Shown here: one piece after another, positions 61,035-64,000 of the stretch
How the letters are laid out: each line of letters opens with the position of its first letter
How positions within the stretch are numbered: the stretch's first letter is position 1
NCBI GenBank assembly: GCA_039809385.1
Contig: JBDHUY010000009.1
Span: 32,347 to 96,346, forward strand
Direction of reading: 5' to 3'
From: Candidatus Altimarinota bacterium
Lineage (GTDB): Bacteria; Patescibacteriota; Gracilibacteria; JBDHUY01
DNA length: 64,000 bases
The notes under the pieces: model-generated
Databases searched by the model: none
Seen by the model: the letters and a program-made list of their open reading frames with translations, nothing else
Told to the model about the DNA's origin: nothing
Position numbers and translations under genes: made by a program

Positions 61035-61778
61035 CTACTGGCTGTCACAAAGGGGCCACTTCGGGGCTGATGGCTGACCGCTCTTGCTTTGTACTCCGTT
61101 CACGCGGCGTGGCGCGAATGAGAATCCCAATGGTTCTTCGGCCTGATATATCGGACGGCTGAGTTTTTCCCGATCGGCAGGGTGCAGGAAAGAAGCGATC
61201 ATACGATCTTTTTCATCCTTGTCGAACAAATAATCTTTAAAAAATCTTTCATACTCGTCTTGCTCGTAAAAAAAGCGGCGATCAAGCAGACCATGTTCAT
61301 CCGTCTCAAAATTCTCGAGGAAAATCCCCAGACTGGAATGAGGCCATTCCTTGCTGTCTTTGACCAAACCGGAACGTTCGGGATGGTAGTGAAGATAACA
61401 AGTCAGTGTTTTTAAATGCTCGCTGTTGTCGATCAGATAGATCTCCAGATCGGGATCGTGTAAACCGGCATGCTCCAGATGCTTTGCCGTTACTTGACGA
61501 TTGTATTCGTGATGAAGGGACCGCATAAACGTTACGAGCGGGTGCATATCGATATTGCCCTTCATAGTTCCCGGAGCCTCGTGCATATCGGCTCCGATAA
61601 TGAAATGGTAGTGATCGGGTAACAGGCAATATGCGGTCAGTTCCATATTATGCTGGTGCCTGAGGCGCGCCGCAGCATGGATAAAGAAAAAATAATCATT
61701 CCGGTCGGCAAACAAAATGCGTCCGTCTTGTTTTTTGGTATACAGGTGATAATAATGTCCCCGCAGCAGTTCTTCCAT
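61035..61778 (-). CDS. REP-associated tyrosine transposase (RAYT, IS200/Y1 family)
   Basis: YYHLYTK, LFAD..DY, AYCLLPDHYH (HUH), YLHYHP...GLV....WPHSS. Confidence 0.82.
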   Translation of the reverse strand: MEELLRGHYYHLYTKKQDGRILFADRNDYFFFIHAAARLRHQHNMELTAYCLLPDHYHFIIGADMHEAPGTMKGNIDMHPLVTFMRSLHHEYNRQVTAKHLEHAGLHDPDLEIYLIDNSEHLKTLTCYLHYHPERSGLVKDSKEWPHSSLGIFLENFETDEHGLLDRRFFYEQDEYERFFKDYLFDKDEKDRMIASFLHPADREKLSRPIYQAEEPLGFSFAPRRVNGVQSKSGQPSAPKWPLCDSQ

Positions 61779-61842
61779 GAAATAGGTTATTGTATCTGTA
61801 AATCATAGCATATCCGATAGAAGAATCACGAGAGAATGAGCT

Positions 61843-62553
61843 TTACAGATTGCCCAAAAAGACCTTTTCTAAAATGCCGGAATCCAGGATGGCGCGGGCC
61901 GAATCGGTCACAACCACCCGGCCTTTATCCAGCACACAGCCCCGATCTACCAAATCCAGCAGTGACTTTATATTATGCTCAACGACCACGATCGTCGTTT
62001 TTTGATTTTTATGAACATCCCGGATCAGCGCAAATATTTCCGAGACAACCTTGGGAGCCAGGCCGAGCGACGGTTCGTCCAAGAGCAAGAGTTTCGGTCT
62101 GGTCATCAATCCGCGCGCAATTGCCAGAGCTTGTTGCTGCCCGCCGGAAAGCGTCCCGGATTTGTTTTTGCGTTTGCTTTTCAGCATCGGAAAAAGATGA
62201 AACATCTCTTCGAACCGGGAGCGTACCAGATTCTGGTCCAAAACCGTAACGGCGCCGATTTCCAGATTTTCTTCCACCGTCAGATCCCGAAAGACCCGCC
62301 GTCCCTGGGGTACGAATGATACCCCTTGCTCAACCATACGATGAGGTAGCGGGACGATTTTTTTCCCCTGAAACAGCACCGACCCTGCTTGATGCGGGAC
62401 CAATCCAAACATCGTTTTCAGCACCGTCGATTTTCCGGCTCCGTTCGGTCCCATAAGCGCCAAAAATTCGCCTTCCGCTACCGCCAGGGTCACATTGTCC
62501 AATACTTTGAGTTTGCCGTAGTAGGTGGTGACACGGTCAAGTTGGAACAGCAT
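61843..62553 (-). CDS. livF: Branched-chain amino acid ABC transporter ATP-binding protein
   Basis: GPNGAGKST, VPQGRRVF..LTVEENL, LSGGQQQ, DEPSLGLAP. Confidence 0.92.
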   Translation of the reverse strand: MLFQLDRVTTYYGKLKVLDNVTLAVAEGEFLALMGPNGAGKSTVLKTMFGLVPHQAGSVLFQGKKIVPLPHRMVEQGVSFVPQGRRVFRDLTVEENLEIGAVTVLDQNLVRSRFEEMFHLFPMLKSKRKNKSGTLSGGQQQALAIARGLMTRPKLLLLDEPSLGLAPKVVSEIFALIRDVHKNQKTTIVVVEHNIKSLLDLVDRGCVLDKGRVVVTDSARAILDSGILEKVFLGNL

Positions 62554-62578
62554 AGGTCAAAGATTGTAAGAAAATTCT

Positions 62579-63053
62579 AAATTCGAAATACTAATTTCTA
62601 AACAAAATCAAAATCCTAAATATAAAAAAACAAATAACTTATGCTACGGATTTTACCAAAATAGAGGCTAAAATTTTCATTAACTCTGTAGCTTCGCGCA
62701 GGAGAACCTCTTTCATATCCTCGTAGGATTGCAAAGGTTCAGTGAGATGCAGCCAGTAGATGGTTTCTTTCGCCTCCTTCTTTGAAATTTTTATTCTCAT
62801 AATGAAATCTTTTTTGCTCAATGATTCATTAGCTTCAATATAATTGGCACCTATGGATCCTGCAGAACGAACCAGTTGTTTTGTAACTTCGATTTGCGGA
62901 ATAGTTCGGGGAAGCTGTTTTACATACATAAAAACCTGCTTGGAAAAGAGCATTGTCCTAGCTTCAAGATCGTACTTCGGGAAAGGTTGTTTTGGATTTA
63001 TAGTTTGCATTCTTCGGGTTTATTTAGAATTTAGAAATTAGTATTTCGAATTT
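62579..63053 (-). mobile_element. Inverted-repeat-bounded cassette carrying a four-helix-bundle gene
   Basis: Perfect 24-bp IR aaattcgaaatactaatttctaaa (62579-62602) / tttagaaattagtatttcgaattt (63030-63053). Confidence 0.7.
62639..63010 (-). CDS. Four helix bundle protein (23S rRNA IVP / TIGR02436-like)
   Basis: QLVRSAGSIGANYIEANESLSKKDF..RIKISKKEAKETIYWL. Confidence 0.92.
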   Translation of the reverse strand: MQTINPKQPFPKYDLEARTMLFSKQVFMYVKQLPRTIPQIEVTKQLVRSAGSIGANYIEANESLSKKDFIMRIKISKKEAKETIYWLHLTEPLQSYEDMKEVLLREATELMKILASILVKSVA

Positions 63054-63784
63054 TATCCTCCTAGGTACGCCTCTACTACATCCGGTCGGCTCAAAACTTC
63101 CTCGGCAGTTCCCTGTGCCAGCAGTTTGCCGGCATCCAGGACCAAAACCCAGTCGGAGAGGCGGCGGATCAGATCCATATTGTGTTCGATCAATACTACG
63201 GTTTTGCCTGCGCGGCGCAGCTGTTCCAATATGGCCACAACAATTTTGATCATCTCGGGAAACATCCCGGCGAAGGGTTCGTCGAATAAATACATCTCGG
63301 CTTTCATGGCGAGCGCGCGGGCTATCTCCAGCAATTTGCGCTGACCATAGGAAAGATTACGGGCCCACGAATGCTCCTTATCAAGCAAGCCGGCCTGAGA
63401 CAACAATGCGCGCGCCTCGCTTACATGAAGCTTAGTATGTCGTTCAAACAGCGAGCCTGCCACATGCCGCTTGGTGAGAACCACCAGCACATTATCCAAC
63501 ACGGACATCTGTTCAAATAACCGAACTTCCTGAAAGGTCCGTGTGATGCCGTAGACCGGATTGTCATAAGGAAAAAGGCGCGTCATTTTTTCCGGTCCGA
63601 TCACGACGGTTCCGGCATCAAAACGGGTAACGCCGCTCAACAGATTGGTCAACGTCGTTTTACCCGAGCCGTTGGGACCGATAATACTCGTAATACGGCC
63701 TTTTTGAAATTCCACCGACAGATGATCAACGGCCATGACGCCCTGAAAACATTTGACGAGTTGATGGGTCTGGAGGAAGGACAT
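63053..63784 (-). CDS. livG: Branched-chain amino acid ABC transporter ATP-binding protein
   Basis: GPNGSGKTT, GITRTFQ..RLF..MSVLDN, LSYGQRKLLEIARAL, EHNM, VVEAYLG. Confidence 0.92.
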   Translation of the reverse strand: MSFLQTHQLVKCFQGVMAVDHLSVEFQKGRITSIIGPNGSGKTTLTNLLSGVTRFDAGTVVIGPEKMTRLFPYDNPVYGITRTFQEVRLFEQMSVLDNVLVVLTKRHVAGSLFERHTKLHVSEARALLSQAGLLDKEHSWARNLSYGQRKLLEIARALAMKAEMYLFDEPFAGMFPEMIKIVVAILEQLRRAGKTVVLIEHNMDLIRRLSDWVLVLDAGKLLAQGTAEEVLSRPDVVEAYLGG

Positions 63785-63838
63785 GGGGAAAAGAAGCTAG
63801 AAGCAAGAATATAGAATTAAGGTCCTTTTTAAGCACGG

Positions 63839-64000
63839 TTAGTACACTTCCTTCAAATAACAGTCTTCGCAGTACACGATTTCCGGTCGTTCCGGAGCAT
63901 ACGTAGTCTCAATCGCTTTGCGACATTTCATGCAATTCCGTTTCCACAGTTTCCGCGGATTTCGCAAATTTAACCGATCCTTATGCCGCTGATCCGGGTG
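63839..64000 (-). CDS. C-terminus of a CPR-type zinc-ribbon (CxxC-x17-CxxC) protein (partial)
   Basis: Reads HPDQRHKDRLNLRNPRKLWKRNCMKCRKAIETTYAPERPEIVYCEDCYLKEVY*. Confidence 0.8.
   Translation of the reverse strand, partial: HPDQRHKDRLNLRNPRKLWKRNCMKCRKAIETTYAPERPEIVYCEDCYLKEVY

Noticed and set aside
62639-63010. Diversity-generating retroelement (Avd-like gene)
   Set aside because: No reverse transcriptase and no TR/VR pair with adenine-specific mismatches seen in the window.
1-64000. Alternative genetic code 25 (TGA=Gly) as in Gracilibacteria
   Set aside because: Gly-rich ORFs of 1000-2100 aa are intact under code 11, and conserved genes end at TGA.

Overview
Bacterial chromosomal window using genetic code 11, very probably from a Patescibacteria (CPR) genome. 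This rests on CPR-type Cys-rich surface proteins, TG-extended -10 promoters and an absence of obvious Shine-Dalgarno motifs. In order, it holds: the 5' part of tuf; a tandem family of modular secreted Cys-rich proteins (1.2-8.3 kb); housekeeping and transport genes (Zn/Mn ABC, M48 peptidase, YbhB, PepA, ABC exporter, K+ channel, NrnA); a giant surface protein, a lipoprotein and a PilX-like gene; an ECF sigma factor next to a membrane-anchored alpha-2-macroglobulin with an anti-sigma-like N-terminus; a C39-like peptidase; and a tandem double D-Ala-D-Ala ligase. The main finding is an AT-richer ~12 kb co-oriented island (46.4-58.6 kb). It couples a complete preQ0 (7-cyano-7-deazaguanine) pathway (queD, folE, queE, queC) to two glycosyltransferases, a carbamoyltransferase, a PIG-L N-deacetylase, a KsgA/Erm-like methyltransferase and an MFS exporter, with no tgt/dpdA/queF in the window. 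It is a candidate biosynthetic cluster for a glycosylated, carbamoylated pyrrolopyrimidine, and it is interrupted by a nested IS5-in-IS3 insertion. The right end carries DsbA/CcdA, a RAYT-type transposase with REP-like repeats dispersed through the window, and a four-helix-bundle gene flanked by perfect inverted repeats inserted between livG and livF. All product calls come from motif recognition; no database searches were run.
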